From positions 3,152 through 67,151 of the forward strand of contig JAJRXF010000094.1 of the NCBI GenBank assembly GCA_024276425.1: a stretch of 64,000 bases of DNA, written 5' to 3'. The position numbers and the translations under genes were made by a program. This DNA comes from Actinomycetes bacterium. GTDB taxonomy: Bacteria > Actinomycetota > Acidimicrobiia > Acidimicrobiales > SZUA-35. Position 1 is the stretch's first letter. Every line of letters begins with the position of its first letter. This document shows positions 19,526-28,364 of the stretch, piece by piece. The notes below the pieces were generated by a model. The model had not been told where the DNA came from and did not search any database. It saw nothing but the letters and a program-made list of their open reading frames with translations.

Positions 19526-21487
19526 TCAGACCTTGGCGTCAACTTCGGTCTGAAGCCTGTGGACAAAATCCTCGAAGGGAATATCCCGTTCGACCTTTCC
19601 TCCCCGCGGATTAACCCCAAGAGTTCCCGCCTCAACGTCGTCGGCGCCGACAACCAAGATATAGGGCACCTTTTGTTGCTTAGCGGTTCGGATACGTTTA
19701 CCCAAGGGGTCATTGGCCTCAACCATGTCTACTCGAAAACCGGCGTCTTTGAGTTTGGCCGTGACTTCCTCGGCATAAGGCTGATGATCCTCGGCGACGG
19801 CGAGCACCGTGGACTGGATCGGAGCGAGCCAAGCAGGGAAGTTGCCAGCAAAGTGCTCGATCAACACCCCGAAGAAGCGTTCGATCGAACCGAACAATGC
19901 CCGGTGCAACATGATGGGACGTTGGCGCGACCCGTCAGAGGCCACATACTCCAACTCGAACCGTTCGGGCAGATTGAAGTCCACTTGGATGGTGGAAAGC
20001 TGCCAGGAGCGGCCGATGGCGTCGCGGACATCAATATCGATCTTGGGGCCATAAAAGGCAGCGTCACCCTCCTTAACCTGGTAGTCCACCCCGTGACGAT
20101 CAAGGGAGTCACGAAGCGCCTTGGTCGCTAACGCCCAAATGTCGTCAGAACCAACCGACTTGTCGGGATCACGGGTCGACAGGTTGAAGGTGAACTCCTC
20201 AAAGGTGAATGCCTTCAATACCGACAACACAAAGTCCAACAGGCTGGTGATCTCATCGGCCAATTGTTCCTGGGTGCAGTAAATGTGGGCATCATCTTGG
20301 GTAAAGCCACGGATACGCATAAGACCATGAAGAGTCCCGGCGCGCTCATAGCGATACACGGTGCCCAACTCAAAGAGTCTTAATGGAAGCTCACGATAGG
20401 ACCGCTGACCACGTCGGAAGATCAAGCAGTGCATTGGACAGTTCATTGGCTTGGGGTAGTAGCTCCCGTTGTCCATTTCCATGGGCGGGTACATGCCGTC
20501 GGCATAAAAATCCAGGTGACCGCTGGTTTCGAAAAGCCCCCCGTTGGCCAGATTTGGGGTGACCACAAACTCATAACCTCCGTCAAGATGGCGCTGACGA
20601 GAGTAATCTTCCATGACCTTGCGAACAGCAGCCCCCTTTGGGTGCCAAACGGCGAGGCCACCACCGAGTTCCTTAGGAAAAGACAAAAGGTCCATGTCAT
20701 TGGCGAGTTTGCGGTGATCTCGCTTCTCTGCCTCCTGCAGGCGCAGGAGGTGAGCGGCCAGTTGCTTCTTGTCGGCCCACGCCGTTCCGTAGATTCGTTG
20801 CAACATCGGCTGATCAACGTCGCCCCGCCAGTAAGCGCCAGCCACATTCATAAGTTTGAAATGACCAAGGTGTCCGGTGTGAGGCACATGGGGACCAACG
20901 CACATGTCAACGAAATTGTCGGTGTTGCGATAGAAACTGATGACCTCGCCCCCGACCTCAGACCCCACTTCGGATGACTTCTCCCCCGCAGCAACCATCT
21001 CAATAATCTCTTGCTTGTATGGATGGTTAGCCATTAGCTCCAGCGCTAGGGCCGGGACAAGTTCGGTGCGGGTGAAGGGCTGTCTGGCCTTGACGATCTC
21101 GCGCATCTTGTCTTCGATCCGCTCCAGATCGTCCTCATGAAAGGTCTGTCCATTTGGCAAAGCGAAGTCGTAGTAAAATCCGTCCTCGATTGGAGGACCA
21201 ATGGCGAAGGTTGCGCCGGGCCAAAGTTCCAGGACCGCTTGGGCTAGAACGTGGGCCGTTGAATGACGGATTGTATGCAAGCCCCGTTCGGAGTCAGGGG
21301 GCACGATCTCTACAGTATCTCCGTCCTGCAAAGGGCGACCAAGATCAGTTTCTTTACCATCGACAAGCCCGATCAGGGCCTCTTTCCCGAGTCGTCGACT
21401 GATGGCGGTGGCAAGGTCAACAACGGTGGATCCCTCAGGTAGCGAGCGCTGCGAGCCATCTGGAAGCGTTACGGAAATCTCAGACAC
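19526..21487 (-). CDS. thrS: Threonine--tRNA ligase
   Basis: 653 aa. N-terminal TGS domain (ISVTLPDGS...), editing-domain HSTAHVLA, class II core and anticodon-binding domain. Confidence 0.97.
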   Translation of the reverse strand: MSEISVTLPDGSQRSLPEGSTVVDLATAISRRLGKEALIGLVDGKETDLGRPLQDGDTVEIVPPDSERGLHTIRHSTAHVLAQAVLELWPGATFAIGPPIEDGFYYDFALPNGQTFHEDDLERIEDKMREIVKARQPFTRTELVPALALELMANHPYKQEIIEMVAAGEKSSEVGSEVGGEVISFYRNTDNFVDMCVGPHVPHTGHLGHFKLMNVAGAYWRGDVDQPMLQRIYGTAWADKKQLAAHLLRLQEAEKRDHRKLANDMDLLSFPKELGGGLAVWHPKGAAVRKVMEDYSRQRHLDGGYEFVVTPNLANGGLFETSGHLDFYADGMYPPMEMDNGSYYPKPMNCPMHCLIFRRGQRSYRELPLRLFELGTVYRYERAGTLHGLMRIRGFTQDDAHIYCTQEQLADEITSLLDFVLSVLKAFTFEEFTFNLSTRDPDKSVGSDDIWALATKALRDSLDRHGVDYQVKEGDAAFYGPKIDIDVRDAIGRSWQLSTIQVDFNLPERFELEYVASDGSRQRPIMLHRALFGSIERFFGVLIEHFAGNFPAWLAPIQSTVLAVAEDHQPYAEEVTAKLKDAGFRVDMVEANDPLGKRIRTAKQQKVPYILVVGADDVEAGTLGVNPRGGKVERDIPFEDFVHRLQTEVDAKV

Positions 21488-21562
21488 CTGGCCGAGTCTA
21501 GGGCCAGCGCCGGCCTGCTGCCTGGCATTAGTGACCGGTCGCCCCTGTCACCACAGCAGGTC

Positions 21563-22375
21563 TTACCCAATGCCAACCAAGGGCCTCGAACCCAGTACAT
21601 CACTGGAGGACTTTCGCTCGTTCAAGGCGATGACGGAAACCGGAGCGGGCTGGGTCGGAGTTGAGGTGACCGTCGGACCTTCTGGCTGGTTTGGAACCGG
21701 CTTTGCTCCGGCATAGGTGTGTTCGTAGGGCTGGCCACAAAGCGCCTGTATCTCGAACATCACCTCATCAATTACTTCTCGGTACACGGCCCGATCTCCT
21801 ACCCGACTGCGGTATCGAGAGGTATCAATCGGCTCGCCAATGTTTATGGTCACGGTACGAAAGAAGTTGGGCACAGTCTTGTCTGGAGGCTGGATGTCTA
21901 CCGTTCCGATCATGCCAACGGGAATAATTGGAGCCCCGGTTTCGATGGCCAATCTTGCAGCCCCGGTATGGCCCTTGTGAAGGTTCCCGCTACGGCTCCG
22001 AGTTCCCTCGGGATAGATCCCAAACAGCCCCCCTCGATTGAGAACTTCACGAGCGGCGTCCAAGGCGGCCTTGGCATGGTTGCCGCCCCGACGATCAATG
22101 GGGATCATGCCAAGAGCAGGAAAGAGCTTGGAGGTTTTCCAATCATCAAGGTATTCGGCCTTGCCTACATAGTGGATGCCTCGGGGCAATACCGCAGGCA
22201 AGATAAAGGAGTCAATAGCGGCCAGGTGATTGGGACACAACACCGCAGGTCCAGCCAGCGGAACATTCTCCAGCCCAGAAACTTCCATTCGCCACAGAAA
22301 CTTGAACAGTGGGCGAAGCAACGCGAGCGCGGCTGGCTGCCATGACCCAATATTGTCCGGAACACTTCCCACCAC
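21563..22375 (-). CDS. plsC: 1-acyl-sn-glycerol-3-phosphate acyltransferase (PlsC family)
   Basis: 270 aa. H-x4-D motif in CPNHLAAIDSF, and GIYPEGTRS. Confidence 0.85.
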   Translation of the reverse strand: MVGSVPDNIGSWQPAALALLRPLFKFLWRMEVSGLENVPLAGPAVLCPNHLAAIDSFILPAVLPRGIHYVGKAEYLDDWKTSKLFPALGMIPIDRRGGNHAKAALDAAREVLNRGGLFGIYPEGTRSRSGNLHKGHTGAARLAIETGAPIIPVGMIGTVDIQPPDKTVPNFFRTVTINIGEPIDTSRYRSRVGDRAVYREVIDEVMFEIQALCGQPYEHTYAGAKPVPNQPEGPTVTSTPTQPAPVSVIALNERKSSSDVLGSRPLVGIG

Positions 22376-22427
22376 CGAATCCTAGTTGACCGTGGATGGG
22401 TGTGCTCGGGTGGCAGGCTCCTCACCG

Positions 22428-23585
22428 TTAGGGGTTAATAAGATCGATTCCAAGAAGTGACGCAGCTTTGCCAACATCGTGGCCGAACGCGGCGGCCTCA
22501 TCAATGATCTTCACCGCAGCCGGAGTGTCAAGGTCGTTGTCCAGGGCGACCCGAACCGCCTCCAGCGTCTCTCCCCCATCATCTTTACAGCCAACGCTGG
22601 CCAGCCATTGTTGCAACCGGCCAGCCGCTTTCGGCATGATCTGATCGCTCCACTCCCATGAGGTGCGGTAGTGGTTGGCGGAGATGGCAAGCCGTATCGC
22701 CCTCACATCGTAGCTCTTGCGTAGGTCACTAACGAACACCAGGTTTCCGAGGGATTTGGACATCTTCTCGCCGTCCATGCGGACCATCGCTTGGTGCATC
22801 CAGATTCCAACGAAGCGTTGACCAGTTACGGCCTCGGTTTGAGCCGCTTCGCACTCGTGGTGGGGAAAAATCAGGTCGGTGCCACCGCCATGGATGTCAA
22901 TGGTGTCGCCAAGTTCTCGCATGGCCAGCGCAGAACACTCGATATGCCAGCCGGGGCGTCCGGCCCCCCATAGCGCATCCCATGAGGGCTCATCGGCCGC
23001 CGAGCGTTGCCAAAGAATGAAATCGAGTTGGTTTCGCTTGTTCGGGTCGTTGATATTGCCACCTCGCTCGTCCGCCAATGCAAGCATTGTTTGTCGGTCA
23101 TAGCCGGAAATCTGGCCGAAGTCTTCCTTGGTGCTGACATCAAAGTAGACCGAACCCCCAGACTCATAGGCATGCCCCTTCTCTAACAAGATGGCGATCA
23201 TGCTGCGTATCTCAGCCATGGCCGAGGTGGCCCGAGGCTCGGACCAACTAGGGATCATGCCCAGAGCGATCATGTCATCATCAAAGCGAGCCACCTCGGC
23301 GGCCGCCAGGTCGAGGTAGTGCATGCCCAACTCCCGAGCCTTGCGAAGTAGGTCGTCATCCACATCGGTGACGTTGCGAACACAGCGAGTTTCATAGCCA
23401 AGGTCTCGGAGCCTGCGCTGCAGTACGTCATAACCCATATAGACCGAAGCGTGGCCAAGATGGGTGGCGTCATAAGGCGTAATGCCACACGTGTAGAGCG
23501 TCACCACTGGTCCAGGATCCAAAGGCACGATGGCCTGACGTCGTGTGTCAAAGAGCCGAACAGGACACTTACCTTTTGTACTCAC
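22428..23585 (-). CDS. mshC: Cysteine:1D-myo-inosityl 2-amino-2-deoxy-alpha-D-glucopyranoside ligase (mycothiol ligase)
   Basis: CysRS-like. LYTCGITPYDATHLGHASVYMGYDVLQRRL...NVTDVDDDLL and KMSKSLGN fit MshC rather than CysS (short, no anticodon domain). The 525-aa track ORF is an over-extension antisense to fabI. GTG 23585 is chosen as start; TTG 23603 is an alternative. Confidence 0.85.
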   Translation of the reverse strand: MSTKGKCPVRLFDTRRQAIVPLDPGPVVTLYTCGITPYDATHLGHASVYMGYDVLQRRLRDLGYETRCVRNVTDVDDDLLRKARELGMHYLDLAAAEVARFDDDMIALGMIPSWSEPRATSAMAEIRSMIAILLEKGHAYESGGSVYFDVSTKEDFGQISGYDRQTMLALADERGGNINDPNKRNQLDFILWQRSAADEPSWDALWGAGRPGWHIECSALAMRELGDTIDIHGGGTDLIFPHHECEAAQTEAVTGQRFVGIWMHQAMVRMDGEKMSKSLGNLVFVSDLRKSYDVRAIRLAISANHYRTSWEWSDQIMPKAAGRLQQWLASVGCKDDGGETLEAVRVALDNDLDTPAAVKIIDEAAAFGHDVGKAASLLGIDLINP

Positions 23586-23714
23586 GATCCGCAGGGTAGC
23601 CAAGTATCGGTCCGCTCCAGAACTCCTCACTGCCCGCTCTGCGGGTTCCGAACCCAAAACTGCCAGGCAGGATCTTTCTGTAACTGGTCCAAGAGGCTTA
23701 TAGTCAGACTTCTC

Positions 23715-24482
23715 ATGGGCATCGTTCAAGACAAGAAACTCCTCATCACCGGAGTCCTCACGGATTCCTCCATCGCCTACGGTGTGGCCCGGATTGCCCA
23801 ACAGGAGGGGGCCGAGATCATTCTCACCGGCTTTGGGCGAGGTCTGCGTCTCACCCAACGCACGGCCAAGAAACTGGACCCTGTGCCCGAGGTACTCGAA
23901 CTCGACATTTCCGACGCCAACCACCGGGCCGAAGTGACCGAACATCTTCGCTCGACCTGGGGCCGGGTCGATGGGGCCCTCCACTCCATCGGATTTGCTC
24001 CTCAAAACTGCATTGGAGACGACTTCTTCGCCGCCGAATGGTCCGATGTTGCCACGGCCATAGAAATCTCCACCTACTCCTACCGGTCCCTGGCCGACAT
24101 CGTTGTTCCATTAATGTCGGAGGGATCCTCGCTGCTGGGGCTCACCTTCGACGCCACCAAGGCTTGGCCTGCCTACAACTGGATGGGTGTGGCCAAGGCT
24201 GGTCTGGAGTCCCTGAATCGATATCTGGCTCGCGAACTCGGCCCGCAAGGCATCCGTTCGAACCTCGTAGCCGCTGGTCCAATAAAATCAATCGCCGCCA
24301 AATCCATCGACGGCTTCAACGTCTATGAAGACGCCTGGGAGGAGCGCTCTCCGTTGGGCTGGGACATTAAGGACACGACCGGAGTGGCCAAAAGCTGTGT
24401 CGCTCTCATGTCAGACTTCTTTCCACAGACGACGGGTCAGATCATTCATGTCGATGGCGGTTGCTCGGCCGTCGGCGCCTGA
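23715..24482 (+). CDS. fabI: Enoyl-[acyl-carrier-protein] reductase (NADH), FabI/InhA type
   Basis: ATG 23715 gives MGIVQDKKLLITGVLTDSSIAYGVARIAQQEGAEIILTGF..., a typical FabI/InhA N-terminus. The upstream part of the 343-aa track ORF overlaps mshC antisense. Confidence 0.9.
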   Translation: MGIVQDKKLLITGVLTDSSIAYGVARIAQQEGAEIILTGFGRGLRLTQRTAKKLDPVPEVLELDISDANHRAEVTEHLRSTWGRVDGALHSIGFAPQNCIGDDFFAAEWSDVATAIEISTYSYRSLADIVVPLMSEGSSLLGLTFDATKAWPAYNWMGVAKAGLESLNRYLARELGPQGIRSNLVAAGPIKSIAAKSIDGFNVYEDAWEERSPLGWDIKDTTGVAKSCVALMSDFFPQTTGQIIHVDGGCSAVGA

Positions 24483-24638
24483 GAATCCAACCGGTACCTA
24501 GAGTTCGGACCGCTTCGAGGAGGCGGCACCCCATTCCAGTTGCACAAAATCTTCACGGCCCTGACAAGACTTCCTCGTTCGGGGTCCCTACTGTCTGAAC
24601 CGGACCATCCGGACCAGTATCGAATCCAGCAATCGAAC

Positions 24639-24698
24639 TCAACTTCTGTCGGTTCAACTCCTGTCGGTTTAACTTCTGTCGGTTTAACTTCTATCGGT
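24639..24698. repeat. Four tandem 15-bp direct repeats (consensus TYAACTTCTGTCGGT) 33 bp upstream of the response-regulator start
   Basis: Read directly: TCAACTTCTGTCGGT / TCAACTCCTGTCGGT / TTAACTTCTGTCGGT / TTAACTTCTATCGGT at 24639, 24654, 24669 and 24684. Confidence 0.9.
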
Positions 24699-24730
24699 GC
24701 GGCGTCGATACATCCGGGGAACGGAGGATC

Positions 24731-25411
24731 ATGGCCAAGCGAATTCTGATCATTGAAGACGAACACGACCTGGCCGAACTAATGGCCAGCCGTCTTCGCA
24801 GCGAGGGCTTCATTGTCGACATTCGCAACGACGGCCGAACGGGTGTGGAACAATGCATGGCCAGCGAACCCGACCTGGTCGTCCTCGACCTCATGTTGCC
24901 TGAACTTGATGGACTTGAGGTCTGCCGACAAATTCAACAACACCGCCGCACCCCAGTGGTGATGGTCACGGCCAAGGACGACGAGAGCGATGTTCTTATT
25001 GGCCTTGGCGTTGGAGCTGACGACTACATCACCAAACCATTCAGTCCACGAGAGTTGGCCGCCAGAGTCCATGCCGTTCTTCGTCGCACCACCCAAACCG
25101 AAACTGACACAGAAGTCTTCCTCCACGGCGAACTTCGGTTCCATCGTTCGGCCAGAACGGTTGAGCTCGACCAGGAATCAATTCATCTCACTGCGACCGA
25201 GTTTGATCTCGCGCTGGCTCTGATCTCGGCCAAAGGCGCGGTGTTGAGTCGCGAACAACTCCTCCACCAGGTTTGGGGCTACCGCGACGGTTCCGGGGCA
25301 AGAACCGTCGATAGCCATGTGCGGGCACTTCGACGTAAGCTCGGAAGCGATCTGGTCCGCACCGTGCACGGCGTTGGCTACGCGGCAACGACTCCTCCCG
25401 GACCGTCATGA
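24731..25411 (+). CDS. OmpR/PhoB-family response regulator
   Basis: 226 aa. Receiver domain (DLVVLDLMLPELDG, KPF) plus winged-helix output (VDSHVRALRRKLG). Confidence 0.93.
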   Translation: MAKRILIIEDEHDLAELMASRLRSEGFIVDIRNDGRTGVEQCMASEPDLVVLDLMLPELDGLEVCRQIQQHRRTPVVMVTAKDDESDVLIGLGVGADDYITKPFSPRELAARVHAVLRRTTQTETDTEVFLHGELRFHRSARTVELDQESIHLTATEFDLALALISAKGAVLSREQLLHQVWGYRDGSGARTVDSHVRALRRKLGSDLVRTVHGVGYAATTPPGPS

Positions 25412-26706
25412 ATCTCAAAGGGGGAGATCCCCAGCGCGAACCATCCCCAAAACCCACAAACGATCCTCCCCAACTCATCGAGGCCGCCAACAGCCACGTC
25501 GACCGTCTGACCGGGATGATGGACCGGCTCTTGCCCTTTGGTTCGGCCCGTCCTCTTGACCGTTTGCCGTCCATCAAACTAAAGCTGAGCATCCTCATCT
25601 TGGCTGGGATCGGGATAACGATCTCTAGTCTGACCGTGAGCTACTGGCTCAATGTCAAACCCCGTTTTGCCCTCGTTATCAGCGTGGCCCTCGCCCTCGC
25701 CCTGGTGCAAATGTTGGCTCGCGGAATCACTTCGCCTCTGCGGGAGATGTCCAAGGCAGCCGATGCCATGGCCGCCGGGGATCTAGATCAACGGGTACAG
25801 GTGACTGGCACAGACGAAGTCGGCCAGCTCGGACATTCCTTTAATGAAATGGCAGTCCACATAGCCGATCTAGAACGCCAGCGCCGTGATCTCATCGCCA
25901 ACGTGAGTCACGAACTTCGCACCCCAATAGCGGTTCTCCAAGGGAACCTGGAGAATATGGTCGACGGAGTCGGAGACACCTCGGAGGTGACCATTGCCAC
26001 CATGCTTCGCCAGACCACGAGGCTGGCTCGCCTAGTCGACCAACTTATGGACCTGTCAAGGTTGGAAGCGGGTGCGGCTCCAATGAGAGTTCGGTCCATG
26101 GACCTTGTCGCGGTGGCCAGAGATGCAGTCCAAGAAGCGCTCATGCGTGACCCTGAACCCCTCATCGACCTCCGCACACCGATGGAACTCGCCATCGAGG
26201 GCGATCCAGAACGGCTCCATCAGGTGTTAATGAACCTCCTGGACAATGCCATCCGATTCCATGAAGGTCCCAGTCCAATCGAACTCACCATCTCCTCCGC
26301 TGGCGATCGCCTGACGGTTAGCGTTGAGGATTCTGGTCCCGGAATCCCACCGGACGAACTCGAACAGATCTTCGAACGCTTTCATCGGGTCGGGCCCGAT
26401 CGGTCAACGGTCCGGGGAGGGAGCGGCCTCGGTCTTTCGATCTGCCAGTGGATCATCGATCTTCATCAAGGGTCAATTACGGCGGCAAATCGACCCACTG
26501 GTGGTGCTGTAATCTCGTTCCATCTCCCAGTTGGTCAGCCAGCGAGAGACGTGGGTGGCCTGAACGGGAGCGGAACAAGTGGGGATTCCACGTCGATCAA
26601 TTCGACCACCAACCCTGTGGACTCACCTTCTCAGCTCCGCTGGCTCACAACTGCCGAGCAAAGAAACTCCGAACAAGTGGCTCGTAGTACTCCAGCGTCG
26701 GAGTAG
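25408..26706 (+). CDS. Sensor histidine kinase (two TM with ~5-aa external loop, HAMP, HisKA, HATPase_c)
   Basis: 432 aa. H-box VSHELRTP, N-box LLDNAIRF, G-boxes DSGPGI and GSGLGLS. ATGA overlap with the regulator gene. ~55-aa N-terminal and ~55-aa C-terminal low-complexity tails. Confidence 0.9.
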   Translation: MNLKGGDPQREPSPKPTNDPPQLIEAANSHVDRLTGMMDRLLPFGSARPLDRLPSIKLKLSILILAGIGITISSLTVSYWLNVKPRFALVISVALALALVQMLARGITSPLREMSKAADAMAAGDLDQRVQVTGTDEVGQLGHSFNEMAVHIADLERQRRDLIANVSHELRTPIAVLQGNLENMVDGVGDTSEVTIATMLRQTTRLARLVDQLMDLSRLEAGAAPMRVRSMDLVAVARDAVQEALMRDPEPLIDLRTPMELAIEGDPERLHQVLMNLLDNAIRFHEGPSPIELTISSAGDRLTVSVEDSGPGIPPDELEQIFERFHRVGPDRSTVRGGSGLGLSICQWIIDLHQGSITAANRPTGGAVISFHLPVGQPARDVGGLNGSGTSGDSTSINSTTNPVDSPSQLRWLTTAEQRNSEQVARSTPASE

Positions 26707-27235
26707 CAAAGTCAGGGTCGAACGCTGGCATATCGTACTTGGCCGTGAATTCGTCACAGACATCGTAAAACTCGTGCCCGTCGAACGCGTCTCGAGCATG
26801 CCGGTCGCCGCCAAGATGATGCCAGAAGTAGTACCCCTGAAAGACACCATGCTGCTCGACCATCCAGTGATAGGCCTCACTGACATAGGGCTTAACAATG
26901 CCGGCAGCGATGGCTGGATGGTTGTCGGGGGCCAAAAGGTCACCAATATCATGGAGGAGGCAACAGACCAAATATTTCTCGTCCTTGCCATCAACTTCGG
27001 CTCGATATGCAGTTTGCAGGCTGTGAAAGAGTCGGTCGACAGCAAACCCGCCCGCCGCAGTCTCGATCCCGCGGAGTTGGGTTAAGACGTTGTCGGCCAC
27101 CCCGTCGGTCAGCTTCTGATGATCGGCCATGATGACCTGCCAATCCTCTGCGGTCGAATCCTCCATCCGGCGGAATGTTGCTGCTCCCTCAGCCGTGGTG
27201 ATCGTGTAGAAGGGGATCGCTTCAGACGTCGTCAT
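26645..27235 (-). CDS. HD-domain protein (PhnZ/MIOX-like putative metal-dependent hydrolase or diiron oxygenase)
   Basis: ATG 27235 gives a 196-aa protein. It has an HD motif LLHDIGDLL plus additional spaced His/Asp (FHS, NHP, YHW, QHG). Function is not resolved from sequence alone. Confidence 0.7.
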   Translation of the reverse strand: MTTSEAIPFYTITTAEGAATFRRMEDSTAEDWQVIMADHQKLTDGVADNVLTQLRGIETAAGGFAVDRLFHSLQTAYRAEVDGKDEKYLVCCLLHDIGDLLAPDNHPAIAAGIVKPYVSEAYHWMVEQHGVFQGYYFWHHLGGDRHARDAFDGHEFYDVCDEFTAKYDMPAFDPDFATPTLEYYEPLVRSFFARQL

Positions 27236-27269
27236 AGACAGAGTCTGACACGAAGTCGTTGAGAGCGCG

Positions 27270-28364
27270 TCATTCCGGACTCTCCGCTGGCCCCCGAACC
27301 AGGGCTCGAATAATCTCTTCAACCGACACGACGCCGCTTGGACCCTGATCACCAACCACCACGGCCAACTGCTGCTTGGCCCGGCGCAGAGAACGTAACG
27401 CCTCGATGAGCTTAAGGTCGGCCCTCAGTACCGCCATCTGCCTTGTCAGATCGTTGGGAAGAGGTACGAACCGGTCTCGGCCCTCGATTGGAAGGAGATC
27501 CTTGGCATGCAGATAGCCGACGAATTGCTCATCTCCTAACGAGCGAGCCACAATCGGTATACGAGTTTGTCCCGAAACTTCCACGGCTTGTTCTGCCTGA
27601 GCTGGGGTTGTTCCGGCGCGGATTACCGTCACATCATCGAGCTTGGTTGCGATCTCACCCACTGGCCTTTCGGCAAAGCTGATGGCGGAATGCAGCAGAG
27701 CGGCGCTATCGGCCTCGATGGCCCCCTCGGCGGAGGAGTGACTGACAATGGCGGCCAACTCAGCGGCAGAATGGGAGGTCACCAGCTCATCACGAGGTTC
27801 GACACCGACCAGGCGACATCCGAGGTTGGCCATGGCATTAAGCAGCCGGACAACGGGCTTCATGATCGCCAGATAGGCCCGGTAGGGCAATACCAGAATA
27901 CGAAGAGTCGGTTCGGGCTGAGCAATAGCGATGTTCTTGGGAACCATCTCACCCACAACCAGGTGAAGAAACACCACTGCCGTGAGGGCAAGGACCAAAC
28001 TGGTCACTGTGGCTAGTTCCTCTGGCACTACCCCACCGACAAGCGGCTCGAGAATTGAGGCAACGGCGGGCTCACCAACCCGGCCCAGAGCTAGGGAAGA
28101 AATGGTAATTCCCAGCTGAGCGCCAGCAAGGTGTAACGAGAGATCCCCAAAAGAGTCCCTGGCTGCTCGGGCCGTCACCCGACCCTGCTCAGCCGCTGCG
28201 TCGATCAACGTTCTCTTGGCCGCGATTAAGGCAAACTCATAGGCGACGAATAGCGCGTTGAGTAGTAGTAGCCCAACCGCAATCGCCATGGAAAATCCAA
28301 GATTTGGTACCGGCCCTTCTGAGGGCACCAGCAGCTTCGAGGAAGCAGCCATGACCAAGGTCAT
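27270..28364 (-). CDS. CNNM/HlyC-CorC family membrane protein (DUF21 + CBS pair), short paralog
   Basis: ATG 28364 forms an ATGA overlap with the upstream paralog's stop. DUF21 start ...LLLLNALFVAYEFALIAAKRT, followed by a CBS pair. Appears to lack the full C-terminal CorC_HlyC domain. Confidence 0.82.
   Translation of the reverse strand: MTLVMAASSKLLVPSEGPVPNLGFSMAIAVGLLLLNALFVAYEFALIAAKRTLIDAAAEQGRVTARAARDSFGDLSLHLAGAQLGITISSLALGRVGEPAVASILEPLVGGVVPEELATVTSLVLALTAVVFLHLVVGEMVPKNIAIAQPEPTLRILVLPYRAYLAIMKPVVRLLNAMANLGCRLVGVEPRDELVTSHSAAELAAIVSHSSAEGAIEADSAALLHSAISFAERPVGEIATKLDDVTVIRAGTTPAQAEQAVEVSGQTRIPIVARSLGDEQFVGYLHAKDLLPIEGRDRFVPLPNDLTRQMAVLRADLKLIEALRSLRRAKQQLAVVVGDQGPSGVVSVEEIIRALVRGPAESPE

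Noticed and set aside
21488-21562. Looked for a tRNA gene, T-box or other leader structure upstream of thrS, and in other gaps of 70-250 bp (15000..15178, 56543..56616, 59389..59503).
   Set aside because: I could find no cloverleaf-compatible sequence, T-box specifier/antiterminator motif, or GC-hairpin-plus-T-run terminator by eye. A covariance-model scan (Infernal/Rfam, tRNAscan-SE) would be needed to be sure.
23451-24005. Long N-terminal extensions of the mshC ORF (to 24005) and the fabI ORF (from 23451), which would make the two genes overlap by >500 bp.
   Set aside because: The extensions are mutually antisense and have no homology-like sequence. Canonical N-termini begin at internal starts: fabI at ATG 23715, mshC at GTG 23585 or TTG 23603.
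24540-24749. 69-aa plus-strand ORF spanning the 15-bp repeats (pentapeptide repeats STSVG/STPVG/LTSVG/LTSIG), considered as a leader peptide.
   Set aside because: It has no Shine-Dalgarno or convincing start context, and it overlaps the regulator start out of frame. A DNA-level repeat explains the periodic peptide.
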